From Trypanosoma brucei (taxonomy: Eukaryota): a DNA stretch of 64,000 nt. Below the pieces are notes generated by a model, which searched no databases, was not told the origin of the DNA, and was given only the letters and a program-made list of their open reading frames with translations. Location: positions 1-64,000 of the forward strand of contig CH464491.1 of assembly GCA_000002445.1 (NCBI GenBank), read 5' to 3'. Position 1 is the first letter of the stretch. The number at the start of each line of letters is the position of its first letter. The position numbers and the translations under genes were made by a program. Shown here piece after piece: positions 46,016 through 57,275 of this stretch.

Positions 46016-48304
46016 CTAGCCCCCAGATCTCTCAGGTACAAATACTTCAACTCGTTCCTCCACACCATCCAACGCGATATTAAGAGAAAAACGGTCTAAC
46101 GGCGACAATGAGCACAGCTGAACAACTCCCATCCGAGGTGTTGAGTCATCAAAAGTGTCCGCCGCCAACTTTCGCAAGTGCGATGCCACATTTTTAAAAA
46201 AATAACTGAGGTATTGCTCCCAGGAACTGCATCGTTCAACTGAAGCAGCCGCCTCAGGGATTCGAATCTTACCTTCACTACCGCTGTGGCGAAACAGTGC
46301 ATAATTTGAACTCTGACGGAAGTCTTCGGCAATGACGCAGCGAACAAAATTAACGGACTGAACCATGGGGTCGACAAAAGATGCCTCGGAAACTTGAAGT
46401 CTCCTCAACCAACTTTGCTGAGCTTGCAGCAGAAAGTATGGAAGTTTATCCCGGAGAAAGTTGGTACCACTAGACTGATCCGCTCGCCAATCACCACTAC
46501 TCCACTCATTCCGCAGGGCGTGAAGAACCAACGAACAAACCGAAGCAAAAGGCGTCAAAACCAAAAAAGAGGAATACGTCCGCAAACGAAGATCAAAGGA
46601 ACATCTCTGAATCATTAAAGTAAAAACAGCGCGGGCCATGACACGGGGTCCTTCACTTGGACACGTTGTCGAAAGGCTAATAAGAGACTTTAGGAGCTCA
46701 AATACGAGACCAAACTTTCTTGTGGAAAACTTCAACGAACCTTCCATCTCGTCTTTGTTTGCGGTGTCGGCAACCGAAGGGGGCGCAGCCGTATCCTCTC
46801 CAGATATACGCATACTGTACGGGGTAACGAAGGTTAATATAATGGACAAAAATGTCAACCCTGTCATTACCACCGTAAGCGAAGAGTTCTTCATCGCCTC
46901 CAAAATCATGGGTCCAGCAAGAAACAAGAGTGTCTGTGGTGAGTTGGAGAACAACAAACACGAACACGAGTCACCAGTAGCCATCAAATCACACAGTAAA
47001 AACATGGCGCCAACCCTTTGCAAGGACACATAAGAGTTAACAGGGGCAACGCCCTCTCCATTAAATGTTGGCTCACCCTCGTCATCCTCATCCGACAAAA
47101 TATATATGGATTCCCTCTCACGCTTAAGATCATGAACTGTGGCCACTAACCTGTTACTACGGGGATCTAAACCACGTTCACTGTCGTCATAGGACAAACT
47201 TTCCATCAAATCGCCATGAAACATATCTCCCACATGTTCCGAGAGAAATGTCACTAATTCACCCTCGGGAATTAATTGCAATAACGCCTGAGTGATAGCC
47301 TCCCGTATTGCCTTGACATCAGCTAAATCCACTGGTGCTGCGACTCCCTCCGCCCCTGAAGTTATCGGGACATCACGGCTTTTTGACCCTGTTGCGGGGC
47401 ACACTTTGAAGGACCAATCCTTTAAGTTACTAACTGACCTGTGAAGAAAAGTACTGTTCTCAGTGTATGGTTGTGCAGCCTCCACCGTTGCTCTCAGAAG
47501 CAATAGCAGAGGCACTGTCTTGCGCGTGTCTCCAACGAGGTAAACAATATCCAATACAAGATGCGATAGTGCCTCTAAGGCTTCAAACCGATAATCAGAT
47601 ACGCAGCATTCTGAATGATCGTCCTCCTCTGTACTCTCGTCACTGTTAGCAATGTCCTTCCCTTCCTTCCGGCCATCTAATGTGTTAGTTGTACGTACCA
47701 GTTCTGGTGTGGCATCCCTCAGCGTTAACGATGCGGCACAATAGCAGACATTCTTCTCTACTTCAGGGAACCATGCACCTAAAACAGTTCGCGTCATGCG
47801 CAGCTGCTCACTTATGGAACCACAACTTCTCCTCCTCCTCCTCAGTGTATCTAAAAATAACTGGCGAAGGGTTGCACGGGTAACACGCAGATAGGCAACA
47901 AGAGCACGTCCCTTTTTTATTGATCCGATGGAAAGCAACTCAGTTAAAACCTCTCGTGAGTCCAAAGTACCCTCTTCCGTCTTTTCCATGGTTACTTCCG
48001 TGGGTGACTCGGTAGCTGAAAAAAGTGAGTGCATATCAACTTTAAGCGCAGACTGAAAGAGACACGATTCCAGGAACTCCGATATGGACAGTAAGGTATT
48101 TTCACATGATACGGAGCAACTAGAAGTCTCGCGGAACACAGTAATTAGGGAGACAGCATCACCCGATTCTAACAATTTTGCCCATTCATCGCGCCTGTCA
48201 CTATCAACATCCATACCAACCTTCGCTACGGTGATAAAAGCAATTTTATTTTCGCGAACGTTACTAAACCAGCACAATAGGGGACGAGGAGGAGCAGTAA
48301 ACAA
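46016..48304 (-). CDS. Hypothetical protein, 762 aa. I recognise no domain
   Basis: A long ORF on the polycistron strand with typical kinetoplastid codon texture. Confidence 0.45.
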   Translation of the reverse strand: MFTAPPRPLLCWFSNVRENKIAFITVAKVGMDVDSDRRDEWAKLLESGDAVSLITVFRETSSCSVSCENTLLSISEFLESCLFQSALKVDMHSLFSATESPTEVTMEKTEEGTLDSREVLTELLSIGSIKKGRALVAYLRVTRATLRQLFLDTLRRRRRSCGSISEQLRMTRTVLGAWFPEVEKNVCYCAASLTLRDATPELVRTTNTLDGRKEGKDIANSDESTEEDDHSECCVSDYRFEALEALSHLVLDIVYLVGDTRKTVPLLLLLRATVEAAQPYTENSTFLHRSVSNLKDWSFKVCPATGSKSRDVPITSGAEGVAAPVDLADVKAIREAITQALLQLIPEGELVTFLSEHVGDMFHGDLMESLSYDDSERGLDPRSNRLVATVHDLKRERESIYILSDEDDEGEPTFNGEGVAPVNSYVSLQRVGAMFLLCDLMATGDSCSCLLFSNSPQTLLFLAGPMILEAMKNSSLTVVMTGLTFLSIILTFVTPYSMRISGEDTAAPPSVADTANKDEMEGSLKFSTRKFGLVFELLKSLISLSTTCPSEGPRVMARAVFTLMIQRCSFDLRLRTYSSFLVLTPFASVCSLVLHALRNEWSSGDWRADQSSGTNFLRDKLPYFLLQAQQSWLRRLQVSEASFVDPMVQSVNFVRCVIAEDFRQSSNYALFRHSGSEGKIRIPEAAASVERCSSWEQYLSYFFKNVASHLRKLAADTFDDSTPRMGVVQLCSLSPLDRFSLNIALDGVEERVEVFVPERSGG

Positions 48305-48522
48305 ACGGTTTTCGACTCAACAAAACGGGAAATTAAAGGTGAAAATCACATTCATTCGCCATAGATTCCCAAGGTGCATTTTTTTTAAAAAAGAAGGTTT
48401 CAAACTCCTTAACAATGACGAAGCCGTGGATACGTCCAGCGTGCTGGGTATGGGAAAGTAATACCGTACAACACCCCTTCCAATCAAAACCGTAGCTACT
48501 ACCTGTTCTGCCTCCCCAACCT

Positions 48523-49515
48523 TCACATCAACGACCTGGTGGGGGACGAATGCTTCACTTTGCAATAATAATCAACAACACTTTCAGGTTCAACGCACAT
48601 ATGAGGAAGTTGCCCATCCAAATCCAACCCCTGAAACGCCATCGCCACATCAGAAGCAGAAACTGCTCCCGGTGGTTTGATATGTGCTTTAGTTACAGCC
48701 ACTGCCTGTTCTCGCACGGACGGGAGTTGCCCATTACTTTCTATGGTAGTCGCTGCTTCCTTTACACCCACTAAACTTGACCAGGGATTAAAGGCACACT
48801 CCGCCCGTAGTGCCACGAGGGTATTTGCCATAGCGGCTTCTCTATCCAGTAAGCGACGTCGCTCTGCCTCGAGATCAGCAGTTTGTTGAAGTAATCGGCC
48901 AACTTGCTCCTCCGCCCGAGTTGCTGCCTCCTGAGTCGTCTTCAACTGACTCTCTAATTCACTACAGAGGGTTGACAACCGCGCATTCTCACCAACGAGG
49001 ACGTCACATTCCTGTTGTTTCCTGCGCAGCTGACACTCTTTCGAATCGAGAGATCTATGGTAGTCGACTTGAGATCTTTGGATATTACTAATAAACTGGT
49101 TGTAACCATCCAGCTTCATTTCCCAAGCAGCTTTAAGTGAGCGAACCTCGCGCAAACAACGTTGTGAAAGATCGTTTAACTGACTCGATTGGGCATCTCG
49201 CCGAACAGACAAATCAAGAGAGGATGCGGGGTAAAGCCGGAATAATAATTCACTCACCTCAAATAGAATATCGTCTAAATCCAAAGCAACTTCCCGCAGC
49301 ATGCCTGAATCAGTTTGAGTACCTTCCGTAATCACGAGGGTTCGGTCCATGTTGTGAAGGCCGGAATTCGCCAACTCTTCCCTAAGCCGTGCAACTTCTC
49401 TCGAGAGGTCAGCGTTGCGCGCCGCTGCTGCTTCAACTTCCATGTTCAGTCGTATGACGTCCGCTTCAATCATACCTGACACGGAGGAAGATGAGAATGG
49501 AATTTTATCTAACAA
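48523..49515 (-). CDS. Coiled-coil hypothetical protein, 330 aa
   Basis: The heptad-rich central region is Glu/Leu/Arg/Gln-rich. It lies on the polycistron strand. Confidence 0.45.
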   Translation of the reverse strand: MLDKIPFSSSSVSGMIEADVIRLNMEVEAAAARNADLSREVARLREELANSGLHNMDRTLVITEGTQTDSGMLREVALDLDDILFEVSELLFRLYPASSLDLSVRRDAQSSQLNDLSQRCLREVRSLKAAWEMKLDGYNQFISNIQRSQVDYHRSLDSKECQLRRKQQECDVLVGENARLSTLCSELESQLKTTQEAATRAEEQVGRLLQQTADLEAERRRLLDREAAMANTLVALRAECAFNPWSSLVGVKEAATTIESNGQLPSVREQAVAVTKAHIKPPGAVSASDVAMAFQGLDLDGQLPHMCVEPESVVDYYCKVKHSSPTRSLM

Positions 49516-49773
49516 CGTAAAGCAGAGGAAAAAAAAGGATTAAAATATACGTACAACATATAGAAGGGGAAAGGCATCACGGTATACAAGGTTTGCCGAG
49601 AAACATGGAGCATTGTTCCATCATTTGTGCCCCTAGGCAACGCACTTCACGGTAACAGGAGCAGTTTCGCCACAACTTCTTATTGGCAGAAAGTACGACG
49701 AGTGACCGAGTTGTTCCCTAAACGAAAGTGGTGAATCGATGGTGGTAACACTCCCTCATCACCTTCGTCTCCG

Positions 49774-52233
49774 TCACAGAACTTGAGAAAAGTGCTTGTA
49801 AACTGTTTTCCTGAGTCCGAAGACGGAAGGTGACACCATTGAAGACAACGATACATTTCCGCTCACACTCTTGCGAAGACAAACGCCGTTGTCAAAAATG
49901 AGCATGGGAGCACTCTTGTGAAACTCACCCCTAATCCCTTGTTCATTACGAGCAGCATCACGCAACTTATGGAGGTCGGTTTCCCCAAGATAGTACAAAC
50001 CCCGCTGCAATCCCCTCATCTCACGCTCACGGGCGCATTGCTGAGCCTTGTCACTTGAAAGCGCCGTAAGCGTATAAACGCTGTCACGCATTTCGGTCGA
50101 TGTACCGCCCTCCGTCCGACGGCGCTGTGAGGGGTGCAGTTCTTCATGATCATCTTCCTCCTTCTCCTCATCCTTCTCTTTATACACAACTGCACGCACG
50201 AGTGAACCTTCCACCCAACCAACATCCCAAAACCCATTCGACCGTGTCTCCTTAACACGACGCAGCGCCGACGGAAGTGCGTTGGCAAGCTGCGGATCCA
50301 ACTGGACAACATACGAGTAAACATGTGTCGCCAGCTCCAAATGAGTCCCCAACGGACGTGGGACGAAAACGTTTTCTCCACACTTCATTACCTTCTCGGA
50401 CCGACAAAACTGGGTCATGGAATGATGATCATCAGTAGTGCCGCGTATCATCACTATTTTCTTTGCAAAGGTAAAACGAGACTTTAGCAAACTGCGTATC
50501 GTCCCAGCATCTGCAAAACCTGAGAGGTCGGTAATGAAAACACGAACATTTTTTATGCGAACTGCGTCGACGACCATTGTTTTCGATGGAATGTTCGCCT
50601 CAACTTGTGCGTCGTTGTGTAACTGCACGTTATCAGGACCTTCATCACTGTAAATACGCGCGGGTGCTTTTCGGCGCATGAGGGCCTGCATTTCGTCACC
50701 TATGGGCAAACCATAGGAGCAGTCCATCTTCTTCAAAACAGCACTGCTAAGCGAACCAACTGTTTCGAGAATAGGAAACTGAAGATGTTTAGATACGAAA
50801 CTCATGTAACTAGGAAGCACAAGTCCCGGCGTACACTGTTGTACCTTCTGCGCCCCTCCTCCACTTCCTTGTGCAGCATCTCCATTTTGCTTCTCATCGC
50901 CGTCATCACCGCTATCGCTGGCGATATCCTCAAGTGGAGCCACTTCATACGCTCCTCCATCCAAAGCCCTCCGCTGCTCTTCCAACTCCAATTCAAGTCT
51001 TAGATAATACTCCTCAAGTTCCTCTTTACTTAGTGGGATCCTTCTGGTGTACTGCACCTTAATGGCATCTCCCTTCGCTGCTGCGGCTACGGAAAACGCA
51101 GTTGTATCCCGCTTGGGTGTCCACGGAAATACAATAAGATGCTCCCGATCCTCATCACTACCTTGTAGAAAATACTCCAGGAGATCAGCCGCTACACCAT
51201 AGTCCAACGTTTCCCCATCGGCAAGACACACCTTTGGTCCCGCTACACTCATTACCTCCTGTGCCGTTTTGCACGTAATCACATTTGCAAAGAGTTGATG
51301 CTCACTTAAAATCACTTCATCTTTTAAAGACTCCGTCATCGTGCTTGCTTTCCCAATCACCTCGGCCGCTTGAACGGAAGCGAGAACAATTGAATAGTTA
51401 TCTCCTCCCTTCTCGGTAAGGAGATGCATGATTATTGTTAGCACTTCCAACCCTCTTCCAGGTACAGAGACAGGAACCAGTACATCCTTCCCATTACGAA
51501 GCGTGCTTAGCACCTCCCGGATGAACACATTAAGCTGCTCCTCGTATTTTTTTCCAGAATTACCGAGTAAATGAAACGGTGAGCCGTCTATAAACAAAAG
51601 TGTTGCCGTCGTTGGCGGTGCGAACCGATTAAGTGCGTACGAGGGCTTCAAGGAAAAGTCAGGGCAATAAAACAACTCATCAATTTGATATTTTATGAGC
51701 CATCCGCAACCGCCAAGCATCCGTCCGGAAAAAACGGGGAAACACTCCACTTCAACATCTCGATGACGGATGGTTACCTTACCACCATATGGTTCCCGTA
51801 CACTACGAAATGCACTATATATTTTGTCCACTGTCATTTCGAACTCCACTCCAGACTGAAGTTTCCATGTATTAGTGTTAGGAAAAAGATAAAGAAAGGG
51901 ATGCAGCAAGCCATGAAGTCCCATTTTCGCTGTAGCCCCAGCGGCAGCAACGTGTGTTTCCGCTGTTATATGCTCCATCACAAAAGGAAGTGCGCCGCAA
52001 CTGCTGAGTTCTGGCGTGGAAAAAAGAACTGCATGGAGATCGCCAAGGTAAGGTAAAAGGGCATCAAGGTAACTGGTTTCGAATCCATCATTCCACCCAC
52101 AGTCCATAAGAATTCGCACACCATCTATCTCCAGTAGGTATGCCATTGGTATGCTCGGGTGATACGCATCGCCAGATGGGGCCCCATATATATTTGTTAG
52201 TTTGATCGAACCAGCCGAAGCGCGCAGCATCAC
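49774..52233 (-). CDS. CPSF2: Cleavage and polyadenylation specificity factor 100-kDa subunit (CPSF2/CPSF100), the inactive metallo-beta-lactamase/beta-CASP paralog
   Basis: The N-terminus AYLLEIDGVRILMDCGWNDGF...LHAVLFSTPELSSCGALPFVM parallels human CPSF2 [21 protein letters not shown]...[21 protein letters not shown]. The HxHxDH motif is absent, as expected for CPSF100. Confidence 0.8.
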   Translation of the reverse strand: MMLRASAGSIKLTNIYGAPSGDAYHPSIPMAYLLEIDGVRILMDCGWNDGFETSYLDALLPYLGDLHAVLFSTPELSSCGALPFVMEHITAETHVAAAGATAKMGLHGLLHPFLYLFPNTNTWKLQSGVEFEMTVDKIYSAFRSVREPYGGKVTIRHRDVEVECFPVFSGRMLGGCGWLIKYQIDELFYCPDFSLKPSYALNRFAPPTTATLLFIDGSPFHLLGNSGKKYEEQLNVFIREVLSTLRNGKDVLVPVSVPGRGLEVLTIIMHLLTEKGGDNYSIVLASVQAAEVIGKASTMTESLKDEVILSEHQLFANVITCKTAQEVMSVAGPKVCLADGETLDYGVAADLLEYFLQGSDEDREHLIVFPWTPKRDTTAFSVAAAAKGDAIKVQYTRRIPLSKEELEEYYLRLELELEEQRRALDGGAYEVAPLEDIASDSGDDGDEKQNGDAAQGSGGGAQKVQQCTPGLVLPSYMSFVSKHLQFPILETVGSLSSAVLKKMDCSYGLPIGDEMQALMRRKAPARIYSDEGPDNVQLHNDAQVEANIPSKTMVVDAVRIKNVRVFITDLSGFADAGTIRSLLKSRFTFAKKIVMIRGTTDDHHSMTQFCRSEKVMKCGENVFVPRPLGTHLELATHVYSYVVQLDPQLANALPSALRRVKETRSNGFWDVGWVEGSLVRAVVYKEKDEEKEEDDHEELHPSQRRRTEGGTSTEMRDSVYTLTALSSDKAQQCAREREMRGLQRGLYYLGETDLHKLRDAARNEQGIRGEFHKSAPMLIFDNGVCLRKSVSGNVSLSSMVSPSVFGLRKTVYKHFSQVL

Positions 52234-52718
52234 CTCTTAACTCAATTTCGTGATCTTTTTAAACTATTGGTATGCAAACGAGCAGTCAAATATGGAAAAA
52301 AAATGAGTGACGGAAAGGAAAAATCCGTAAGAACACATCAGCACGCCTAAAAGTCATGCGAAATAAGCAATTCCTCCTGCACATACCCTTCCTCTTTCCC
52401 CATTCTCATGGAAGAGTGAACAATAGTGCTTCAGCCGGTATTACAAAACATGAACTTAATCGATAATCACAATAACTAACCATAAAAACGCAGAGCCAGT
52501 TGTCCCTTCTCCACCTAAAAACAAAACACAAAACGTCCCAAGCAAGTAACTTTGAACTCCAGTTCAAAAAAAAAAAATGATAATTTTTTTTTTCACGACT
52601 CGTGACCCATCCACACACTGCGGTCAGATCCGTAGAAGAACTGAGTAATCTCACGCCACTGGGAAGCAACAAAAAAAAAAATAAAATAAGAGAAAATGTA
52701 AGATAAAATGAAGCATAT

Positions 52719-55700
52719 TTATTCATTACCCTTTCCTTCGTAAACGAAACCACAGTACGGATTAGACGATGACACCTCTGCATGAGACTCACCCTTCTTT
52801 AGTGGGTTCGTAACGGTCCCAAAGCAGCGGTGTATCGCCCCCGCAGCAGCTTCCTCCACCGCATCTTTCTTGCGTTTGCTGACAGCGTAGCCAATACCGT
52901 AATGTATGTTGTCCGAGAGGAGTACACTAATGTGACAGTACCATAAACTATCCTTCATTGAAGTCTCAACAATTACGGGAAACCCGTATACAAATCCGAC
53001 AAGGTTCTTCAATGCGATAAGTTGTCTAGAGTCGTCACATTTCTTCATTATTGTGTTTTTATCAATGGAGGGAAGCCCCATCTCCTTATTGATGCTCTCT
53101 GTTAACCTCAGTAAAGACATCATGAGATCCGCATCAGGGGAAATCCTCTCCAGCTCCACGGTGCGCGCCCCATCCACCACATACAACGATGCCTCGTATT
53201 TTCTTTCCGATTGAGAGAAGCAAACATCTACCTTTACAAGAACAGAAGCATCAGCTGCAACTGTTTTATTGTCAACCAATTCCTTTTTGACATCCTCTAT
53301 TCTCGATGCGAGAAGGGATCCACTGCCATGCGCACGCACTCCCACGGAACCAGAAATTTGAGGCTCCGCCCCCATCACGCCAAGAGGATGGCTGTCGGAT
53401 TGCATATGCTCAACAAAAACACGTTGACAACATGATACCGCTGCTTTGAGTAAGGAACTGCCACGCCCATGTCCCAGAAAGAACTGAGGCGCCTCCTTGA
53501 TATTGCTGTTACTTAAAGAGGTTGGACAACGACCATACAGTTGCACATTTATCGCCTTCCCGACGCCAGAAATACGCAACTCTGTTGAGAGACCATATTT
53601 GGTCATCACACATTCAGCAATTGTTTCGAGTGGGGTTGGTGTGGGAAGTTGAGGCGGAAGCGATGGAAGAGCCGCTACCCGCCTCCAAGTTTCCAAGCAG
53701 ATTTCATTGATTTGCGCATCGTCACTGGAGGCACATACAATGGGTCCTCCTTCTTCAAACAAAGATTTCATAGCGGTGAAGAGTGCTGACACCGCCGTGG
53801 CCGAATAGGCGGCTTCCCCTAAAGGACTCATCTCATGCGGAGTTTCACGAAGTTTGCTGGTGTCGTCGCCAATCCACTTGGTGTACAACTGAGCCCTGAA
53901 ATGCCCATTATCCGCAACCTGCTCAACATTTTCCACCAGACTGAGTGACCCGCTACCACGGTCACTCGCACACTTTTCACCCAGCATGTCAACATACAAT
54001 TGAATCCCACGGCGGAACACACTGAGCATCGACTGCCGTGGAGGCACAAGTATGGGTTGTGATGGTAGCAGTTGCAACTTCTGGATAAAGGGATCCGACT
54101 CTGCAGCCATCTCAAAAGCGCTTTTAGGCAACGGAGTGGCAGATGAATAAATTCCCTCACACCCAGGGACATCACCGTTTTTGTCGATGAGCCCGTGATC
54201 CATTGCGTATTGTACACCGTCTTGGCATTCCTCTTTGAAGTGCTTAAATAACGCAATCGCAATAGCCTTTTGCTCGCTCGCAGATTTCTTCTGATCGAGT
54301 GCCAAGCAAATAAACTCCCGACACCCCTCTTCATCAACCATAAAAAGCTGTGTGGCCCACAATGGTCTTGTCGTCCGGATCCCAAGTGACTCATTCTCTG
54401 AGTTTGGAAGCAGCTGCACTCCTTCCAGAACTATTTCCTTCTTCTGGCGACGTGCGGCCCACCTCAGTTGTTCAACAATCCCCTTTGATACATGAGGGCA
54501 AATTGAGTCATTCACAGTTGCCTTCGTGGTGCTCATGATTTCCCTTACTTCTGGATGAAAGGCAAGTTGTTCTTCAAAGACGCGCGGGAAGCACTCCCGA
54601 ATTGCTGACATACTGGCAAGCGCTTCAGCCGCTTTTTTGTTAACTCCTGCAGCCTTAGCGACAGTAACAACAACAGCGGGTGGTGTGGCTTTAGTCTCCA
54701 GTTCATCTGTTGCAGCACCCGCAGGCGAGGGCTTACACCAACCCAACTCCACGTCAACATTAGTGACAAAAGTCCCACCAGTGCTCCTCAGCGTCACGAA
54801 AAGTACCCGATCCTCCTCAATGCCGAAACTATGGTGAAGTAGTCGTCGAAGGATTTCCTTAGGTCTGATACCTTTCGGTGGTAAAGCAAGAATAACAGGG
54901 TGGTCCGCGATACGCTTCCTTGCTCCCTCTGTCGCCACAGCACTCACGATATCTGCCGCCTTCTCCACGCACGAAAGGGCTATCGGTAAAGCGTTTTCGT
55001 GTTTACCCGTCAGCGCGCTTATCTGGCGGCCACTAAGTGTCTGCACGCTCACGCGCACCTGGCCATCCCCTATGTTGGTAGGAACAATGTTCACCTCTTC
55101 ACACGTGGCGTTGCGGATAATATCCATGTAAACACTTAACTCACTAATGTTGTGATTACGCTCTGCGTACCGAGGGGGTTGAGGTAAGCCCGCTGACTTG
55201 AATCCTTCGAAAATAGCTCGGCGCGCTGTACTCGAGTAACTAACACCAATGGATTCACCGAAGAAAGCATTTTTGACCGCCTTTTCTTCGGAGGAAAGTT
55301 TATCAACTGAGTCACGGGCATTTAGAGACACGGTTACTGTATGGGTAGCAACTCCCTGAAGATCTGTTCCTTTGGAGTGGTCAATGTTCAGTCGCAAAGA
55401 GGGGAACTGCTCCTCCAGCATCCGTTTGGCAGTAGAAATATCCTCCCCGCGCTCACGCAGATCAAGTACCGTCGCGCTACTTTGCTTTTCAGTGTGTGAA
55501 ACTAAGCTGGCATCAACAGCCTTCACTAGCCCATCAGACATGGAGGTCGCATCCAAAACAACTAACGGTGCCCAAGCGGTCTCCCCAACAGCTGATGATT
55601 CAATGACAACTGCTGGTTCACTAGAAATACACAACCTAAAATCCCTTGTCCATTTCTTTCGTAGTGACTTAATATCCGACATCACAGCCGCCAATGATAG

Positions 55701-55943
55701 TTTCAACCCTCCGCTATTTGTCGCGTGGGAACAAGGACACGCGCAAACCACTGCCTCCGCGGCTGCCGGAGATGCGTCAGGAACAGACGAAACTGGGGGG
55801 CTCGAAACCACCACATTTCGGGTCTGCGCATGAAATAATAACAACCTGGGTCGCAGAAATAACAAACGCCACATACTATTCTGCTTCTCTATCGGCCTTC
55901 CTCTCCTCTCCTTACACCTCACACCCCCCCCACACACACACAC
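52719..55943 (-). CDS. Hypothetical protein (1074-aa ORF; the true start is probably MWRLLFLRPRLLLF... or MSDIKSLRKKW...). It has a C-terminal dsRNA-binding-domain-like motif (...YGIGYAVSKRKKDAVEEAAAGAIHRCF...)
   Basis: A long ORF. The C-terminal G.G.G.SKK.A...AA motif is typical of the dsRBD alpha-beta-beta-beta-alpha fold. The N-terminus has presequence-like character. Confidence 0.5.
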   Translation of the reverse strand: MCVCGGGVRCKERRGRPIEKQNSMWRLLFLRPRLLLFHAQTRNVVVSSPPVSSVPDASPAAAEAVVCACPCSHATNSGGLKLSLAAVMSDIKSLRKKWTRDFRLCISSEPAVVIESSAVGETAWAPLVVLDATSMSDGLVKAVDASLVSHTEKQSSATVLDLRERGEDISTAKRMLEEQFPSLRLNIDHSKGTDLQGVATHTVTVSLNARDSVDKLSSEEKAVKNAFFGESIGVSYSSTARRAIFEGFKSAGLPQPPRYAERNHNISELSVYMDIIRNATCEEVNIVPTNIGDGQVRVSVQTLSGRQISALTGKHENALPIALSCVEKAADIVSAVATEGARKRIADHPVILALPPKGIRPKEILRRLLHHSFGIEEDRVLFVTLRSTGGTFVTNVDVELGWCKPSPAGAATDELETKATPPAVVVTVAKAAGVNKKAAEALASMSAIRECFPRVFEEQLAFHPEVREIMSTTKATVNDSICPHVSKGIVEQLRWAARRQKKEIVLEGVQLLPNSENESLGIRTTRPLWATQLFMVDEEGCREFICLALDQKKSASEQKAIAIALFKHFKEECQDGVQYAMDHGLIDKNGDVPGCEGIYSSATPLPKSAFEMAAESDPFIQKLQLLPSQPILVPPRQSMLSVFRRGIQLYVDMLGEKCASDRGSGSLSLVENVEQVADNGHFRAQLYTKWIGDDTSKLRETPHEMSPLGEAAYSATAVSALFTAMKSLFEEGGPIVCASSDDAQINEICLETWRRVAALPSLPPQLPTPTPLETIAECVMTKYGLSTELRISGVGKAINVQLYGRCPTSLSNSNIKEAPQFFLGHGRGSSLLKAAVSCCQRVFVEHMQSDSHPLGVMGAEPQISGSVGVRAHGSGSLLASRIEDVKKELVDNKTVAADASVLVKVDVCFSQSERKYEASLYVVDGARTVELERISPDADLMMSLLRLTESINKEMGLPSIDKNTIMKKCDDSRQLIALKNLVGFVYGFPVIVETSMKDSLWYCHISVLLSDNIHYGIGYAVSKRKKDAVEEAAAGAIHRCFGTVTNPLKKGESHAEVSSSNPYCGFVYEGKGNE

Positions 55944-56564
55944 AGAAGATAACAGTTCTCAAATCAAGAAGCCTCGAAGCCAACGCTACAAAGAGAAGTA
56001 GAGGCTACTTGGCCTTATGCTGTCCCCCTGAAAAGCAAGAAACCGAAGAAAAAGAATATTTGAAGAAAAAACAGCAATAAGCAATTTACTGAGGTGGCTC
56101 TACTTCATGTTATTGTGTTGTTGTTGTTGTTTGTTTTTGCGTTGCTTGATGACTGGGTATGCCTCTCGCCACCAACAAACTCCCCAAAAACTGATAAATG
56201 TTAAGCCGGACACAAAAACAACAGTAATGATAGTAATAATAATGATGATCACAGGAACAACAATAAGTAACCCCCGCGATGCAACACTAACAGGAGCCAC
56301 CGTGCCAACGCCCAGCAAAATCCTTCACATGAAATAGCGCATGGGACACAATTGTGTACTAAAGAATGAATATTTATCCACGCTGAGGCCAAATCCCTCT
56401 AAGAATTTTGACAAACTCCCAACACCATCTGGACGACCCCTACGGAGGTTTGAGTAACCATCTCCACCTCTACCTTTCCATCAAACCACAGGTGCCATCA
56501 TATGCGTAGGCAACGCGGCAGACACGAACAGTGGCTCCCACCAACGCATATTTGGTTCACTGGC

Positions 56565-57275
56565 TCACTCGCGAGACTCACACAGTGCAATAATATTGAA
56601 CCGAGGAGATTGTGGGTCCCGACCCATTTTCTCCTTAATCGCATCCACGCATGACTTTACAAAACTCTCCTCGTCCACGCAATGGCCATGAAGAAGTGGA
56701 TGAGGCTTTCTTCCGTCAAGTTCCACACAGCGATCACCTATCTTTACAAAACAGGTAAAATGAAGGTCGATATCTGCGTCGAGAGGCTGATTATCGGTAA
56801 CACCTGATGCTGACGCCAATGCATGTGCCTGGTCAAGCAGGGAATCTGATTCAATTAGTTTTGCATTTTCCTCGGGGGATTTATCCTTCGTACTCCACAG
56901 AAGTGTAGCAATTGGGCTTCCCTCCAACATGTCGCCCACAACATCCGTGTTATTGAGAACAGCGTGGAGCACAGCCATGGTGCCGCAAGCATTGGAAATT
57001 GTCTGTTTGCTGTAGAAGAACTTGTTTGTCGTCATAAACTGCTCTATTTCAGATTTTTGCTTGAGACAAGCTGCAGCATCTCCAGACTCCATCCCATCTG
57101 ACAATGGATACAAAAGAATCATCGCGTAAATCGGTCGGGGGACCATGGCGAGTAATTCGGCATCCAGGCCAAACACATCGTTGAATGCCACCTTTGGGTT
57201 GGTCAACCCTAAACTCTTCAGATATTCGTTCAACACATCGGGATTGCTTTCGAGCGGTAGCCACGTTTTGGTCAT
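56565..57275 (-). CDS. Ubiquitin C-terminal hydrolase (peptidase family C12, UCH-L3-like), 236 aa
   Basis: MTKTWLPLESNPDVLNEYL, the catalytic Cys context QTISNACGT and the conserved His region (...LDGRKPHPLLHG). Confidence 0.85.
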   Translation of the reverse strand: MTKTWLPLESNPDVLNEYLKSLGLTNPKVAFNDVFGLDAELLAMVPRPIYAMILLYPLSDGMESGDAAACLKQKSEIEQFMTTNKFFYSKQTISNACGTMAVLHAVLNNTDVVGDMLEGSPIATLLWSTKDKSPEENAKLIESDSLLDQAHALASASGVTDNQPLDADIDLHFTCFVKIGDRCVELDGRKPHPLLHGHCVDEESFVKSCVDAIKEKMGRDPQSPRFNIIALCESRE

